From NCBI GenBank assembly GCA_965199715.1, contig OZ241322.1:1-64000 (forward strand): a stretch of DNA of 64,000 nucleotides, written 5' to 3'. This stretch comes from Vicinamibacteria bacterium. Lineage in GTDB: Bacteria > Acidobacteriota > Vicinamibacteria > Marinacidobacterales > Marinacidobacteraceae. Made by a program: the position numbers and the translations under genes. Positions 10,639 through 21,016 of the stretch are shown here, piece after piece (within the stretch, counting starts at the first letter, position 1; each line of letters starts with the position of its first letter). Under the pieces are notes generated by a model that was given only the letters and a program-made list of their open reading frames with translations, was not told the DNA's origin and did not search any database.

Positions 10639-12279
10639 ATGAAGCTCCGCTCCGTCCTGTTTCTCGCCGTCCTGCTCGCCGCCGGCGCGGCGGCCGCGCA
10701 GGAACCCATGCCGTATCCGGTTCCCGACCGCACCGACGGCGACGGCCCGTGGGACCGGGTGATCCTGCGGGGGCCGATCGTGATCGATGGGACCGGCGCC
10801 CCGGCCTACGGTCCGGTGGACATCGTGGTGGAGGGGAACGTCATCCATTCCATCCACAACGTGGGAACCGGCGTGTCTCCGATCCACGAGGAGGACCGGC
10901 CCGAGGCGGAGCCCGGAGATCACGAGATCGACCTCCATGGCCACTACATCCTTCCCGGTTTCATGGACATGCACCTCCACCAGCACAACGAGGGCGAGGG
11001 GCAGCGCGTCCCGACCGAGTACATCCACAAGCTGTGGCTGGCGCACGGGATCACGACCGGGGCCGACGTGGGGAACTTCAACACCCGCTGGCTCCTCCAC
11101 CATGCGGAGCGTTCGTGGAACAACGAGATCACCTCGCCCCGGATCGAGAGCTTCGTGGTCTTCGGGCGGGACGGCGAGGAGCCGGTGACGAATCCCGAGT
11201 CGGCGCGCCGCTGGGTCCGCTGGGTCAAGGAGCAGGGGGCGGACGGGATCAAGTTCTTCGGCGCCGCGCCCCGGATCTTCCGCGCCGCGCTTGACGAGGC
11301 CGCCAAGGTGGGCCTCCGCTCGACCACCCACCACGCCCAGCTCGACGTGGTCGGGATGAACGCGCTCGACACCGCCCGCGCCGGGCTCACCTCCATGACC
11401 CACTGGTACGGGCTCCCCGAGGCGATGTTCGTGGACAAGGCGATCCAGCACTACCCGTTCGACTACAACTACAACAACGAGTACCACCGATTCACCGAGG
11501 CCGGGCGCCTCTGGGCGCAGGCGGCGCCGCCCTTCTCCGAGAAGTGGAACGAGGTGATGAACGAGCTGCTGGAGCTGGACTTCACTATCCACCCGACGTG
11601 GGTCGCCTACATCGGCACGCGCGACCTGATGCGCCAGCAGCGCAACGAGTGGCACTCGGTGTACACCCATCCGAACCTGTGGGAGTTCTACCGTCCGAGC
11701 GCGGTGAACCACGCCTCGTACTTCTTCGACTGGACCACGCAGGTCGAGCTGAACTGGAAGGAGAACTACCGGCTCTGGATGGCGTTCGTGAACGAGTTCA
11801 AGAACCGGGGCGGCCGGGTCGCCGTGGGAAGCGACTCGGGGTACACCTTCAACCTCTACGGCTTCGGCTTCGTGCAGGAGCTGGAGCTCTTCCAAGAGGC
11901 CGGATTCCACCCGCTCGAGGTCATCAAGTCGGCGACGCTCAACGGCGCCGAGCTGCTCGGGCTGGACGAGACCATGGGCACGATCGAGCCGGAGAAGATC
12001 GCCGACTTCGTGATGCTCGAGGAGAACCCGCTCCACAACCTGAAGGTGCTCTACGGCACTGGCACGATCCGGCTGAACGTCGAGACCCAGCGCACCGAGC
12101 GCATTGGCTCGATCCGCTACGTGATGAAGGACGGAATCCTCTACGACGCACGCAAGCTGCTCTCCGACGTGCGCGAGACGGTCCGGGCGGCGCGCGCCGA
12201 GCAGGGGCTGCCGCCGCCGCCCATGCCGCTCTTCCTCGAGGACGACCCCGACCACGAGTACCCGAAGCCCGGCCGCTGA
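10639..12279 (+). CDS. Exported amidohydrolase-family protein
   Basis: Sec signal; PGFMDMHLH metal motif, [20 protein letters not shown]-like EKIADF. Confidence 0.85.
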   Translation: MKLRSVLFLAVLLAAGAAAAQEPMPYPVPDRTDGDGPWDRVILRGPIVIDGTGAPAYGPVDIVVEGNVIHSIHNVGTGVSPIHEEDRPEAEPGDHEIDLHGHYILPGFMDMHLHQHNEGEGQRVPTEYIHKLWLAHGITTGADVGNFNTRWLLHHAERSWNNEITSPRIESFVVFGRDGEEPVTNPESARRWVRWVKEQGADGIKFFGAAPRIFRAALDEAAKVGLRSTTHHAQLDVVGMNALDTARAGLTSMTHWYGLPEAMFVDKAIQHYPFDYNYNNEYHRFTEAGRLWAQAAPPFSEKWNEVMNELLELDFTIHPTWVAYIGTRDLMRQQRNEWHSVYTHPNLWEFYRPSAVNHASYFFDWTTQVELNWKENYRLWMAFVNEFKNRGGRVAVGSDSGYTFNLYGFGFVQELELFQEAGFHPLEVIKSATLNGAELLGLDETMGTIEPEKIADFVMLEENPLHNLKVLYGTGTIRLNVETQRTERIGSIRYVMKDGILYDARKLLSDVRETVRAARAEQGLPPPPMPLFLEDDPDHEYPKPGR

Positions 12280-12325
12280 CCGGTTGATATTGCGGCTTTC
12301 CGCCGCGCCGGGGTAGGCTCCGGGC

Positions 12326-14440
12326 GTGATCCGCGCCGCCGCCGTTTTCGCCCTCGCCGCCGGGCTTCCGGGGGCGGCGCAGGTGGAGCTCACGGAGGAC
12401 CACCGCGTCTGGCTCGAGGAAGAGGTGGTGTACATCATCACCGAGGCCGAGCGCGAGGTGTTCGTGAGCCTCGAGAGCTACGAGGAGCGCGAGCACTTCA
12501 TCGAAGCGTTCTGGCTCCGGCGGGACCCGGTTCCCGCCACCCGCGAGAACGAGTTCCGGGACGAGCACTACGAGCGGCTCGACTACGCGAACCGGTTCTT
12601 CAGCCGGGACGCCCCCCGGCCCGGGTGGGCGACCGACCGCGGCAAGTACTGGATCATCCTCGGCAAGCCGGCCTCCCGCGAGATTTTCGAGGGCCGCAAC
12701 GAGGTCGTGGGCATGGACCTGTGGATCTACTCCGGGGACGCCAGCCTGGGGCTGCCGCCGCGCTTCAACCTGCTCTTCTTCCGCGAGAACGACATCGGCG
12801 AGTTCCAGCTCTACAACCCGATGGCCGACGGCCCCGACTCGCTGGTGCAGCGGGGCGAGCTGCTCCGCAACCGGCAGCATTTCGCGGTCGATCTCCTCGA
12901 GACGGTCTCGATGGATCTGGCCCGCGCCAGCCTCGTCATCGACCTGACCGACCCGAGCGCGAGCTTCCTGAGCGCGACGAACTCCATCGCCCCGCGCCGG
13001 GATACGGTCCGCCCGTCGATGGCCGTGGGCGCGAACCTGCTGGACATCACGAACTCGCCGCTGAAGCGGGTGGATCTCGAGGAGATCGAGGGCTACCTCC
13101 GCCACGGGAACCGGGTCACCGCCGAGTACTCCTTCCGCTTCGTGCGGAGCGACGCCGACTTCCGCGCGCTTCTCGGACCCCGGAACACGCCCTTCATCCA
13201 CTACACGATCCAGCTCGCGCCCGACGACTTCACCCTGGAGTTCGACGAGGACTCGCGCCGGTATCGGACGACGCTGGACGTGGAGCTGGAGCTGCGCACT
13301 CCCGAGGGGCAGCTTCTCGCGATCCACCGCAACGAACCCATCGTGGAGCTCACCGAGAGCCAGCACGCCTCGCTCGCCGGCTCGCCGTTCGCCTACCGGG
13401 ACAACCTTCCGGTCATTCCCGGCGCGTACGAGGTCAGCGTGGTCCTGAGGAACCGGGCCACGACGCAATACACGGTCGCCACCGCTGAGATCGTCGCTCC
13501 GGCGACCGGCGCGGGCTCGGTGGGCCTCACCGATCCGATCCTCGCCTACCAGTCGGCGGCGACGGCCACTGCGAACAGCGCGCTCGACTTCGGGACGTAT
13601 CAGTTCGGATCGCTCACCGTGGAGCCGTCGCTCGACGGCTCGTTCGCGCAGGCGGACACGCTCACGCTGGTCGCGCAGGCGGTGAACGCCGGCGCGGACC
13701 ACGAGCTCCGGGTGCGGTACTTCCCCGACGACCCGACGCAGGACGACTCCACCGGCACCACGGTCGAGCAGCGCGGCGCGGCGGGAACGACGCGGGAGCC
13801 GGCGACGTTCACGCTCGACCTAGAGTCTCTCCCTCCGGGCCGCTACGGCGCGAAGGTCGAGCTGCTGGACGCAACGGGCGAGGTCGTGGACGCGCGCCAG
13901 ACCCCCTTCATGGTCTCGCCCCGCGCGTCGGTCATGCGTCCGGGCCTCGTGATCCGGCGCTCCTTCGCGACCCACGTTCCCGGCCTCCTCGCGCTGGCGC
14001 TCGGCGACCAGTTCATGGCCAACGGGCGCGTCCGGGAAGCTACCGTCGCCTTCCGCGAGGCGTCGGCGAACCCGGACCTCGTCCAGGCCCGGTGGAAGCT
14101 CGCGAGCGCGCTGCTCTTCGCCCGCGAAGCGGACGCCGCGCTGGAGCTCCTCCTTCCGATCGAGGCGGACTTCCCGAACGAGATCGAGGTCGTCGAGGGG
14201 ATCGGCTTCGCCTACTACATCCAGGGCGAGTGCCGGCTCTCGCTGGATCGGCTGGAGCACGCGCTGAACCTGCGGATCCCCGACACCTCGCTCCTGAACG
14301 CGCTCGGCGACTGCTACGAGAGCGAGGGCGACGAGGCGCAGGCCCGCGTCATGTTCGAGCGGTCGCTCGGCCTCAACCCAGAGCAGGCCGGCGTCCGGGA
14401 GCGCCTCGCCGGGTTCGGGGTCTCCGGCCGGTCGCGCTGA
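12326..14440 (+). CDS. GWxTD domain protein with C-terminal TPRs
   Basis: WLEEEVVYII, FWLRRDP, ENEFRDEHYERLDYAN, GWATDRG; TPR-like helices at the C-terminus. Confidence 0.9.
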   Translation: MIRAAAVFALAAGLPGAAQVELTEDHRVWLEEEVVYIITEAEREVFVSLESYEEREHFIEAFWLRRDPVPATRENEFRDEHYERLDYANRFFSRDAPRPGWATDRGKYWIILGKPASREIFEGRNEVVGMDLWIYSGDASLGLPPRFNLLFFRENDIGEFQLYNPMADGPDSLVQRGELLRNRQHFAVDLLETVSMDLARASLVIDLTDPSASFLSATNSIAPRRDTVRPSMAVGANLLDITNSPLKRVDLEEIEGYLRHGNRVTAEYSFRFVRSDADFRALLGPRNTPFIHYTIQLAPDDFTLEFDEDSRRYRTTLDVELELRTPEGQLLAIHRNEPIVELTESQHASLAGSPFAYRDNLPVIPGAYEVSVVLRNRATTQYTVATAEIVAPATGAGSVGLTDPILAYQSAATATANSALDFGTYQFGSLTVEPSLDGSFAQADTLTLVAQAVNAGADHELRVRYFPDDPTQDDSTGTTVEQRGAAGTTREPATFTLDLESLPPGRYGAKVELLDATGEVVDARQTPFMVSPRASVMRPGLVIRRSFATHVPGLLALALGDQFMANGRVREATVAFREASANPDLVQARWKLASALLFAREADAALELLLPIEADFPNEIEVVEGIGFAYYIQGECRLSLDRLEHALNLRIPDTSLLNALGDCYESEGDEAQARVMFERSLGLNPEQAGVRERLAGFGVSGRSR

Positions 14441-14847
14441 AGCGCTTTCCGATTCTGTACGCGGATCCTCCGTGGGCGGATCCCGGGCTCGAGGCGCTTC
14501 CGGTCGCGGACGTCGCCGCGCCCGACAGCCTGCTGTTCCTGTGGACTTCCGGCGCCCGGCTCGATCGGGCGGTCGGGCTCGGCAAGGCGTGGGGCTTCGC
14601 GTGGGCGACGCTGGCGTTCGTGCACGATCCGGGGCGCGAGTTCGGCCTCGTCTTCCGGCGCGGGCGCATCCCCCGGCCCCGGGGGGCGCGCAACGTCCGC
14701 CAAGTCATGAACGGCGCCGAGGGACGGCCGGAGGCGTTGCGGCGGATCGAGGCGATGTTCCCGGAGCTCGACCGGATCGAGCTCTTTCCCCGGTCCCCCC
14801 GGACCGGCTGGACGCCGTGGCGCCCTACGCGAGATAGCGCTCGCTGA
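14437..14847 (+). CDS. Short MT-A70 family (N6-adenine) methyltransferase-like protein, possibly degenerate
   Basis: ILYADPPW, LLFLWT, AWGF, IPRPRGARNV, IELFPR, GW motifs; only plausible start is CTG 14437 overlapping the upstream TGA. Confidence 0.7.
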   Translation: MKRFPILYADPPWADPGLEALPVADVAAPDSLLFLWTSGARLDRAVGLGKAWGFAWATLAFVHDPGREFGLVFRRGRIPRPRGARNVRQVMNGAEGRPEALRRIEAMFPELDRIELFPRSPRTGWTPWRPTRDSAR

Positions 14848-16887
14848 ACCGCTGGATCGCCGGCAGCAGCGGCTGGCGGTCGTGGAGCGCCGGGGCGAAG
14901 AGATCCCCGAGCCGCCGGAGGCGTTCGGGCATGTTCTTGATGGTGAACCGGTCCGGCGCGATCCCCGAATCCAGCTCGTCCCAGTCGAGCGGCGCCGAGA
15001 CCGAAGCGGCGGGAACCGGGCGGGCCGCGTAGGGCGGCACCACGGTCTGGCCGCGCCGGTTCTGCAGGTAGTCCAGATAGACCCTGCCGCCCCGGCGGTC
15101 CACCTTGCGCTCGACGGTGGCGATGTCGGGATGGCGGGCGGCGACCCACGCCGAGACCGCCTCGCAGAACTGCCGGACCACGTCGTACGGGTAGATCGGC
15201 TCCAGCGGGACGTACACGTGGAGACCGGTCGCTCCCGAGGTCTTCAGGCACGGCCGGAGCCCGATCCCCCGGAGCACCTTCCCGAAGGCGCGGGCCAGCT
15301 TCACCACGTCCGAGAACGGCCCGCGGCCAGGGTCGAGGTCGAACACCGCCCAGTCGGGCCGGTCCGGCCGGCTGCGCAGCGAGAGCCACGGGTGGAGGTC
15401 GATGCTCCCGAGGTTGGCGGCGAAGAGCAGCCCCCCGAATCGTTCACGACCAGGTATCGGATCGACTCGCCGCGCCCCGACTCGATCGAGACGGTCTCGA
15501 GCCAGTCGGGGGCGTGCTCGGGGATGTCCTTCTGGTAGAACGCCTTTCCGTCGATCCCGTCCGGATAGCGGAGCAGGTGCGCCGGGCGCTCGTGGAGGTG
15601 CGGGAGCATGTGCTCGGCGACCTGGTCGTAGTACCGGATCAGGTCGCCCTTGGTGTAGCCGGTCCCCGGCCAGAAGACCTTGTCCAGATTGGTGAAGCGC
15701 ACCGGCCGGGCGCGTTCCTCCTCGGCGCGGCGCCGGGAGAGCCCGGCGAGCAGGTGTTCGGAACCGCTTCCCTCGCTCGCGCAGGGAATCCGCGCGCACT
15801 CGGCGGGCGGGTAGGGACCGTCGGCGCGCCGCGCCAGCGCCGCCGGGAGGCCCGCCGCCTCGCAGGCGCGATGGAAATCCTCGCCCCGGGCGCGCACGTG
15901 CTCTCCGAGGAGCAGGCTCTCGCTGGGCGGCAGCAGCGTGCTCAGCAGCGCCTTCCGCTCGATCAACGGCGCCGGCCGGACGTCCCACTCCTCGTACCGG
16001 AGCAGGTCCAGCGCGTAGAACGAGACCGGGACGCTCGCGTCTCCCGCGAGCCGTTCCCGCATTCGCTCCCTTGAGGGGCGCTCGCTCCGGTCGGTGGCGA
16101 CGAGGACCCCAAACGCGAGCGCTCGTTCCGCCCGCAGGTCCTCCGCGTCCCGAAGCACGTCGGGGGTCTCGGGAAGGGGGTCGCCCGGATCCGCCGGGAG
16201 GAGCCGCGCTCCCTCGGGGTCCCGCTCGAGGAAGGCGGGGACGCCGGCGAGCTCCGGCTCGAAGATCCAGCTGGGGTCCGAAAACGGCGCCCGCTCGAGG
16301 GACGGGCGGACCGGCTCGGGCGGCGGCGTTCCGGTCCACGGCGTCGCCCCGGCGAGGTCGAAGAACGGCTGGCGGGCCTCCTCGGCGCGGACGTACCGGT
16401 CGCGTCCCTTGAAGAGCAGCCACTCGTCGTCGCCCCGGGCGGTGCGGACGAGGTGCCACGACCCCCGCAGCTTCCGCCCCCGCAGCTCCACGACGAGTTT
16501 GCCGTCGCGGACCCCGGCGACTCCGTCCTCGCCCTCCCCCTCGGTGATGCGGTATCGCCCGGCGTCCCAGATGCCCATCGTGCCGCCGCCGTACTCGCCT
16601 TCGGGGATCACGCCCTGGAATCCCGTGTAGGCGAGCGGGTGGTCCTCGGTGCGGACCGCGAGCTTCTTCACGGTCGGGTCGTACGAGAACCCCTTCGGCA
16701 CCGCCCACGACTTGAGCGCGCCGCGCATCTCGAGCCGGAGGTCGTAGTGGAGCCGGCGGGCCTCGTGCCGGTGCACGACGAACTGCGGCGCCTCGGAGGC
16801 GGCGGCCTCGTCCGGAGCCGGTTCCGGAGTCCGGGCGAAGTCGCGCTTGCGCTCGTACTCGGCGACGCCCTTCCTGAGCGGGGCCAT
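14825..16887 (-). CDS. ligD: LigD-like NHEJ protein: phosphoesterase + degenerate ligase + polymerase, with frameshift at about 15431-15436
   Basis: PE domain (KRDFARTPEP, HEARRLHYDLRLE, SWAVPKG, EDHP); Pol domain (RYPDG, FYQK, FDLDP, KTSG, DYLQN) split across two frames at a G6 run. Confidence 0.88.
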
Positions 16888-16889
16888 CC

Positions 16890-17542
16890 CTAGTCGGGGA
16901 CTCGGCGGAACTGGACGTCCAGCGAGCGGACCCGCGCGGCCGCGAAGGTGATCCCGCGCTCGAGGCGCTCCGCCCGCAGCTCGACGACGTGCCGCCCCAT
17001 GAGGTCGTCGTAGAACGGGTCCATCTCGTCCACCCGGATCTCGATAGCGTCGCCCCGAGAGACCCGCAGCGGAATGAGCCGGTTGAAGGAAATCGACGCG
17101 GGGGCGTCCGGGGCCGGCGACCACTCGGTGAAGCCGGTCACGAATCGCCGCGCCTCCCGGATCCGCCCGTCCAGCTCCGCGCGCTCGGCGTCGAACTCCG
17201 CGCCGCGCTCCCGCCAGGCTTCCTGGTCCTCGTCGGAAGCGTCCTCGCCCGACCACGGTTTTTTTCCCGCCACGCCGTCCGCCGCTTCCAGACGGCGTCC
17301 TCTTCGGTCTCGAGCCGCGCGATCTCGATGGCCTCGGGGACCCCGATGCGGGTCACGAAGACCGCGTACTCCGGATCGTTCTCGTTCACGGGTTGCGGGA
17401 TGACGTCCAGAGTTCCCACCCAGACCTGGAACGCGGGCCCGGTCGCGCCCTCGGCGTCGAGCGTCGGCGGACGCAGGCGCGGCGGGCTGGAGCAGGCGGC
17501 GAGCGCGAAAACGACGAGGACGCCCGTCCGCAAGGAGTTCAC
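16890..17542 (-). CDS. Hypothetical lipoprotein with coiled-coil insert and C2-like C-terminus, frameshifted at about 17259-17265
   Basis: Lipobox FALAAC in ORF 17138..17668; continues in the frame ending at 16890 with IRVDEMDPFYDDLMG; break at an A7 run. Confidence 0.6.
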
Positions 17543-17570
17543 GCTGAAACCCGTCCCTATGATACGCACG

Positions 17571-19694
17571 ATGCCATTCCGGATCGGCTCCGCGCTCCTC
17601 GTTCTCGCGCTCGGTTCCGCCTGCGTCGATCCCGAGGGCGAGCCGCCCCGGCTGAACCTCGACCGCATTCTCGACGTTCGCCATCCGTCGGGGCCGGTAT
17701 GGAGTCCGGACGGCTCTCGCGTGTTCTACGTCGAGGATCGCAACCAGCAGATGGACCTCTTCTCGGCGGCGCCGGGGGAAGCCCCTCGCCGGCTGACGAG
17801 CTGGGGCGACGACTACGAGACGATCTCCGGTCTCTTCTTCGGCGCCGACGGCCTCACGCTCCACTACGAGCGGAACGGCCGGCTCTGGCGCATGCGCCCG
17901 GACGAGGCGGGGACGCTCGAGCCGGTCTTCCCGGCGGAGCCGGGCGGCGAAGGGGACTACGCGCTCTCGCCCGACGGCGGGCGGCTGGCCTTCGTCCGGG
18001 ACGGGGATCTGCACGTGCTCCGGGGGACGGCCGAGCTCCGGCTGACTCGAACCGACGCCGCCGAGGCGAACCCGGTCTGGTCGCCCGACGGGCGGTTCCT
18101 CGCCTTCACCGCGGCGGAAACGGTCGCGAGCGACGACGTGCGGGAAATCGTCGGCGACAAGCTGCGCTTCCGGAAGCGCGACGCGGGGCCGACGGAGCTC
18201 TTGACGATCCCGGCGATTCCCGGCGGCGTGGCGCGGCGGATCGCGTCCGGTCCCGCGGGCGCTTTCGCCGCGCGCTGGATCAGTCCGTGGCGGCTGATCT
18301 TCCAGGAGGTCTCGCCCGACTTCCGGACGCGCTCCATCCGCGCGGCGGACCTGCGCGCCGGCTCGGTCGCGACGCTCCACGAAACGCACGATCCGAGGTG
18401 GTGGAGCCTCGCGTATCTCGGCGCCGAGCCGAGGCCGTCCCCCGACGGGGCCTGGGCGGCCTTCGTGGACGACGCCTCGGGCTGGGATCGGCTCATGGTC
18501 GTCTCGCCGGGCGGCGGAGCGGCGCACGCGCTCACGCCGGAAGGACAGGACGTGCGGCGCTTCGCCTGGTCGCCCGACGGCCGGTTCCTCGCCTTCGACG
18601 CGAACCCCGAGCATCCGGGCCGGCGGGCGCTGTTCGTCCTCGACGCCGCGGACCTGCCGGAGGCGGCCCCGCGTCTCCTCGCCGGCGGCCGGGGGACGAA
18701 CGTCCAGCCGGCGAACGCGGGCGGCTTCGTGCTGACCGCCGAACACGGCGGCTTCTCCCCCGACGGATCGAGCATCGTGTTCCAGCGCGCCGGCCCCCGG
18801 GAGCCGCCGGATCTCTGGCGGGTCCCGACCGACGGCTCCGCCGAGCCGGAGCGCCTGACGAGGTCGCTTCCCGAGGAGGTCGAGCCGGGCTGGTTCACCG
18901 AGGGCGAGTTCGTGCGCTTTCCGGCCCGAGAGCTCGGACGCGACGTTCCCGGGTACCTGTTCGCCCACGAGGATCTGGACCGGTCCCACCGGCATCCGGC
19001 GATCGTCTGGGTCCACGGCGACGGGATCGCCCAGAACTACGAGGGCTGGCACGTCCGCCGCGACTACGGCGCGTACCACGCCTTCCACCAACTCCTCGCC
19101 CAAGAGGGTTACGTGGTGCTCATGCCGGACTATCGGGGCAGCGTCGGGTACGGCCGGGACTTCCGGCTGGACTCGTACCGAGACGTGGGCGGCGGGGACT
19201 ACCAGGACGTCGCCGCGGCGGGCGATTTCCTCCGGACGCTGGACTTCGTGGACCCGGAGCGGATCGGGATCTGGGGCCTCAGCTACGGCGGCTTCATGAC
19301 GATGCAGGCGCTCACGCTCGATCCGACGCTCTTCGCCGCCGGAGTCAACGTGGCCGGGGTGGGGGACTTCGAGCTCTGGCATGAGGATCCGGGCGGGGGC
19401 TGGGTCGTCGGCCGCATGGGGCGTCCCGAGGACGAGCCCGAGGGATACGAGCTCGGGGCGCCGGCGCGACGGGTCGGCCGGATCGAGCGCCCGCTGCTGA
19501 TCCTCCACGGCACCGCCGACGTGAACGTCCCGTACTTCGAGAGCCTCAACCTGGTCGATCTGCTGCTGCGCGAGGGGAAGGACTTCGACTTCGTCACCTA
19601 CCCGGGCGAGTTCCACTACTTCCACCGGGAGCACGTCCTGCGGGACGCATGGTCCCGGGTGCGCCGGTTCTTCGACCGGAATCTGAAGAACTAG
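17571..19694 (+). CDS. S9 family (prolyl oligopeptidase/DPP-like) peptidase, lipoprotein
   Basis: Repeated WSPDG propeller motifs; GLSYGG nucleophile, HGTADVNV, GEFH triad; LGSAC lipobox. Confidence 0.92.
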   Translation: MPFRIGSALLVLALGSACVDPEGEPPRLNLDRILDVRHPSGPVWSPDGSRVFYVEDRNQQMDLFSAAPGEAPRRLTSWGDDYETISGLFFGADGLTLHYERNGRLWRMRPDEAGTLEPVFPAEPGGEGDYALSPDGGRLAFVRDGDLHVLRGTAELRLTRTDAAEANPVWSPDGRFLAFTAAETVASDDVREIVGDKLRFRKRDAGPTELLTIPAIPGGVARRIASGPAGAFAARWISPWRLIFQEVSPDFRTRSIRAADLRAGSVATLHETHDPRWWSLAYLGAEPRPSPDGAWAAFVDDASGWDRLMVVSPGGGAAHALTPEGQDVRRFAWSPDGRFLAFDANPEHPGRRALFVLDAADLPEAAPRLLAGGRGTNVQPANAGGFVLTAEHGGFSPDGSSIVFQRAGPREPPDLWRVPTDGSAEPERLTRSLPEEVEPGWFTEGEFVRFPARELGRDVPGYLFAHEDLDRSHRHPAIVWVHGDGIAQNYEGWHVRRDYGAYHAFHQLLAQEGYVVLMPDYRGSVGYGRDFRLDSYRDVGGGDYQDVAAAGDFLRTLDFVDPERIGIWGLSYGGFMTMQALTLDPTLFAAGVNVAGVGDFELWHEDPGGGWVVGRMGRPEDEPEGYELGAPARRVGRIERPLLILHGTADVNVPYFESLNLVDLLLREGKDFDFVTYPGEFHYFHREHVLRDAWSRVRRFFDRNLKN

Positions 19695-21016
19695 CGGCGG
19701 AGCCGCTCGAGGAACGCGGGCGGCACGTCCATGCCGAGCGCCTCGGCGCGCTCCACGTGGGCGAGGGCCGCCGCCCGGCGCCCCCGCGACCGCTCCACGT
19801 CGGCGAGCAGGAAGTGGATCCCGGCGCGCGCGCCCGGTTCGCTGGCGGCGAGAAGCGCCAGCCCGAGCGCGTCCGCCGCGCTGGCGAACCGACCCTGGGA
19901 GGCGAGGAGCTGCCCGAGGCCCTGAAGCGCCGCCGGATGTTCGGGGTCGATCTCGAGCGCTTGGCGCAGCAGGCGCTCCGCCTCGCGGAGATCGCCGCGC
20001 TGGAAGCTCAGGCTGGACGCGCCGAGCAGCGTGGGCAGGTGCTCGGGATCGCCCGCGGCGGAGCGGCGGTACAGCTCCGCCGCCTCGGCGTTGCGTCCCG
20101 AGCGGGCGAGCAGGTTCGCCAGATTTGCAAGCGCCGGGCTGGATTCGGGATCGAGCGCGAGGGCGTCCCGGTAGGCCGCTTCGGCGTCGCCGGTGCGCCC
20201 CAACCGCGCCAGCGCGTTCGCGTGGTTGTAGCGGAGCGCGGAACTGCGGGGCCGCTCTTGCGCCAGATTCCGGTAGAGCGCCTCGGCCGCCTCGTGGTTT
20301 CCGCTCGCCGCCGCCCGCCGGGCGCGGGCCTCCCGCCCCGTTGGATCGCGGCGCAGATCCTCGACCATGAGGAGCAGCGGGTCCGGATCGCCGGCGGGCG
20401 CGGCGGAGCGGGCGCGGTCCGCGGCGTCCTGCGCTCCCGCCGCGTCGCCGCGGCGCGACCGCGCTTGCGCGAGGAAGGACCAGCCGGCGGCCGAGCCGGG
20501 GAGGCGCTCGAGGATGGCCGCGGCCGCCGTCGGATCCCCGGGGAGGAGGCGTCGGGCCCGGGCCAGCCCGGCTTCCACCGAATCGGGCGCGGCCCGGGCG
20601 AGTTCCTGCCAGGCCGCGGCGGCGTCCTCGCCGAGCGCCTCGAGCGCCCGCGCCCGCAGCGCCAGCGAGGGAGGAAAGCCGGGGTTCCGCTCCAGCGACC
20701 TCTGTGCGAGTTCGAGCGCGCGGACTGGGTCGCCGGCCTCGACCAGGCGACCGTGAAGATGCGGGGCGCGGTGGTCGTCCGCATCCAGCCGCGCGGCCTC
20801 GGCGTAGGCGGCGCCGGAAGGTTCGGCGATCCGGTGGGCGTGCAGCGTCATCGCGAGCCGCAGCCACCGCGCCGGTTCGCTCGGTTCGGCGCGGGTGGCT
20901 TCGAGGGCGTCGCGGACGGCGGCGGCGACGGCTCGGTCCATCCCTTCGGTCGGAACCTCGGGGATCGCGGCGCCGCCGCAACCGGCGGCGAGGAGCAGGA
21001 CGGCGAGCGCCCTCAC
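19691..21016 (-). CDS. TPR lipoprotein
   Basis: LLAAGC lipobox; multiple TPR repeats (ALALDP, ALEIDP); GTGA coupling. Confidence 0.82.
   Translation of the reverse strand: MRALAVLLLAAGCGGAAIPEVPTEGMDRAVAAAVRDALEATRAEPSEPARWLRLAMTLHAHRIAEPSGAAYAEAARLDADDHRAPHLHGRLVEAGDPVRALELAQRSLERNPGFPPSLALRARALEALGEDAAAAWQELARAAPDSVEAGLARARRLLPGDPTAAAAILERLPGSAAGWSFLAQARSRRGDAAGAQDAADRARSAAPAGDPDPLLLMVEDLRRDPTGREARARRAAASGNHEAAEALYRNLAQERPRSSALRYNHANALARLGRTGDAEAAYRDALALDPESSPALANLANLLARSGRNAEAAELYRRSAAGDPEHLPTLLGASSLSFQRGDLREAERLLRQALEIDPEHPAALQGLGQLLASQGRFASAADALGLALLAASEPGARAGIHFLLADVERSRGRRAAALAHVERAEALGMDVPPAFLERLRR

Noticed and set aside
6795-10733. Apparent 1312-aa AhcY fusion and 1223-aa DUF1552 fusion (26452..30123)
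   Set aside because: Upstream parts are stop-free shadow frames of neighbouring genes; real starts are at 8294 and 27861
16890-20981. Very long ORFs such as 16890..20981, 31364..34261 and 49485..51899
   Set aside because: Antisense or off-frame shadows of real genes, expected at this GC content; Arg/Pro/Gly-rich with no motifs (only the last part of 16890..20981 is real)
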